Assembly: GCA_030390025.1 (NCBI GenBank)
Contig: CM059432.1
Location: 38,318,001-38,382,000, forward strand
Length of the DNA: 64,000 nt
From: Squalus acanthias
Lineage: Eukaryota
Direction of reading: 5' to 3'
The position numbers and the translations under genes were made by a program. Every line of letters begins with the position of its first letter. Positions within the stretch are counted from its first letter, which is position 1. Below the pieces are notes generated by a model. That model searched no databases and was not told where the DNA came from. It was given only the letters and a program-made list of their open reading frames with translations. This document shows positions 62,442 through 64,000 of the stretch, one piece after another.

Positions 62442-62999
62442 TATAGCTCTTGTATATCTCTGCGATTTCCCTGCAGATTTGCTCCTCTACCTCCCTCTCA
62501 CTATTTGGAGGCCTATAGAATATCCCCAATAGTGTGATCATACCCTTTTTGCTCCTCAGCTCTAACCAAATGGATTCTGTCCTTGTCCCCTCAAGAACAT
62601 CCTCCCTTTCCAACACTACAGTGTCTTCCTTAATCCGCACTGCCACCCCAACTCCCTTTTTTCCTTCCCTATCTTTTCTGAACACCTTGTACCCTTGAAT
62701 ATTAAGTGCCCAGTCCTCACTGTTTTTAAGCCACGTTTCCGTTATTGCCACATCATATTGCCACAAGGCTAATTGTACTTGTAGCTCACCAAACTTATTC
62801 ACCACACTGTGCGTTTACGTACATGCATTCTAAACCCATTTTTGAATTTTTCGTAGTCTTTCTTAGTCTGCTCCTATCTAATATGTTACTACTTCCGCCT
62901 CCAGTACTATCTTCTCTAGTACTATCCAACACACTCACTCTTTCATGCACCTTATTCCTCTTTTCTACTCCTATATGCTGGTGCCCATCCCACTGCCAA

Positions 63000-63950
63000 G
63001 TTAGTTTAAACCCTCCCCAACAGCACTAACAAACCTCCCCACGAGAATATTGGTCCCGGCTCTCTTGAGGTGTAACCCGTCCAGCTTGTACAGGTCCCAC
63101 CTTACCCAGAAATGGTCTCAATGCCTCAGAAATCTAAAGCCCTCCCTCCTGCCCCATCTCTCCAGCCACGCATTCATCTGTTCTATCCTCCTATTCCTGT
63201 ACTCACTAGCACGTGGCACCGGGAGTAATCTGGAGATTACTACCTTTGAGGTCCTACTTTTTAATCTCACTCCAAGCTCCCTAAACTCTGCCTGCAGGAC
63301 CTCATCCCTCTTTCTGCCTATGTCGTTGGTACCGATATGGACAACGACCTATGGCTGTTCACCCTCCCCCCTCAGAGTGTCCTGCAGCCGCTCAGTGACA
63401 TCCTTGACCCTGGCACCAGGGAGGCAACATACCATTCTGGAGTCACGTCTACGGCCGTAGAATCGCCTGTCTGCTCCCCTAACTATTGAATCCCCCACCA
63501 CTATTGCTCTTCCACTCTTCTTCCTCCCCCACTGTGCAGCTGAGTCACCCATGGTGCCGTGGACTTGACTCTGGCTGCACTCCCCAGAGGAACCAATGCC
63601 CTCACCAGTACTCAGAACAGAATACTGGTTGGAGAGCGCGATACACTCCGGGGACTCCTGCACTACCTGCCTGGTCCTCCTCTTCTGTCTGGCGGTCACC
63701 CATTCCCTCTCTGCCTGCATACTCTTAAGCTGCGGGGTGACCACCTCTAGAAATATTCTATCCACGTAACTCTCAGCCTCGCGGATGCACCGCAGTGACT
63801 CCAGCTGCCGCTCAATCTCGGAAACCCGGAGCAAAAGTTGCTGTAGCTGGTGACACTTCCCGTACATGTGGTCGTCCAGGCTACACGAAGCGTCCAGGAC
63901 TTCCCACATGGCACAGGATGTGCACTCCACGGGCCTGAACTGCCCTGCAG
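63000..63950 (-). pseudogene. CR1 ORF1: Cys-rich N-terminus, coiled coil, SGNH esterase-like domain
   Basis: VECTSCAMWE..., VVGDSIVRG, CLPGARVKDV, then VVHIGTND after the stop at 63349. Confidence 0.8.
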
Positions 63951-64000
63951 AAATAAACTTAACAAAAAACGCTCCCCAGCTACTCACCAATTGCTCTTTC

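Larger units (their letters stand above)
58262..63950 (-). mobile_element. Near full-length CR1 LINE (ORF1 plus ORF2) with nested MITE and Penelope-like element
   Basis: ORF1 zinc-finger/esterase; ORF2 [37 protein letters not shown]; tail at 58262. Confidence 0.92.

Overview
Repeat-dense vertebrate genomic DNA, almost certainly a cartilaginous fish: it has an HE1-type V-SINE, a Deu-domain SINE, and abundant CR1, Penelope-like and Harbinger elements. The main feature is a young, nearly intact 12.7-kb endogenous provirus on the minus strand (2251-14987). It has ~1.66-kb TG..CA LTRs, a 4-bp TSD and a tRNA-Arg PBS that overlaps the gag start codon. Gag carries an overlapping PSAP/PPxY late domain and a CCHC knuckle, and meets pol at an in-frame UGA. 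Pol runs PR-RT-tether-RNase H-IN with a long acidic tail. Env resembles a paramyxovirus F-type fusion protein (lokiretrovirus-like) and also seems to carry an immunoglobulin domain. Only three lesions interrupt the frames. Other content: a 1.5-kb solo LTR of a second family with the same layout, seven minimal hammerhead ribozyme motifs in Penelope-like repeats, a two-gene Harbinger with a spliced Myb gene, several MITEs and nested CR1 LINEs. A few small minus-strand host exons are possible but unidentified. All comparisons were made by eye, and family names come from recalled motifs, not database searches.
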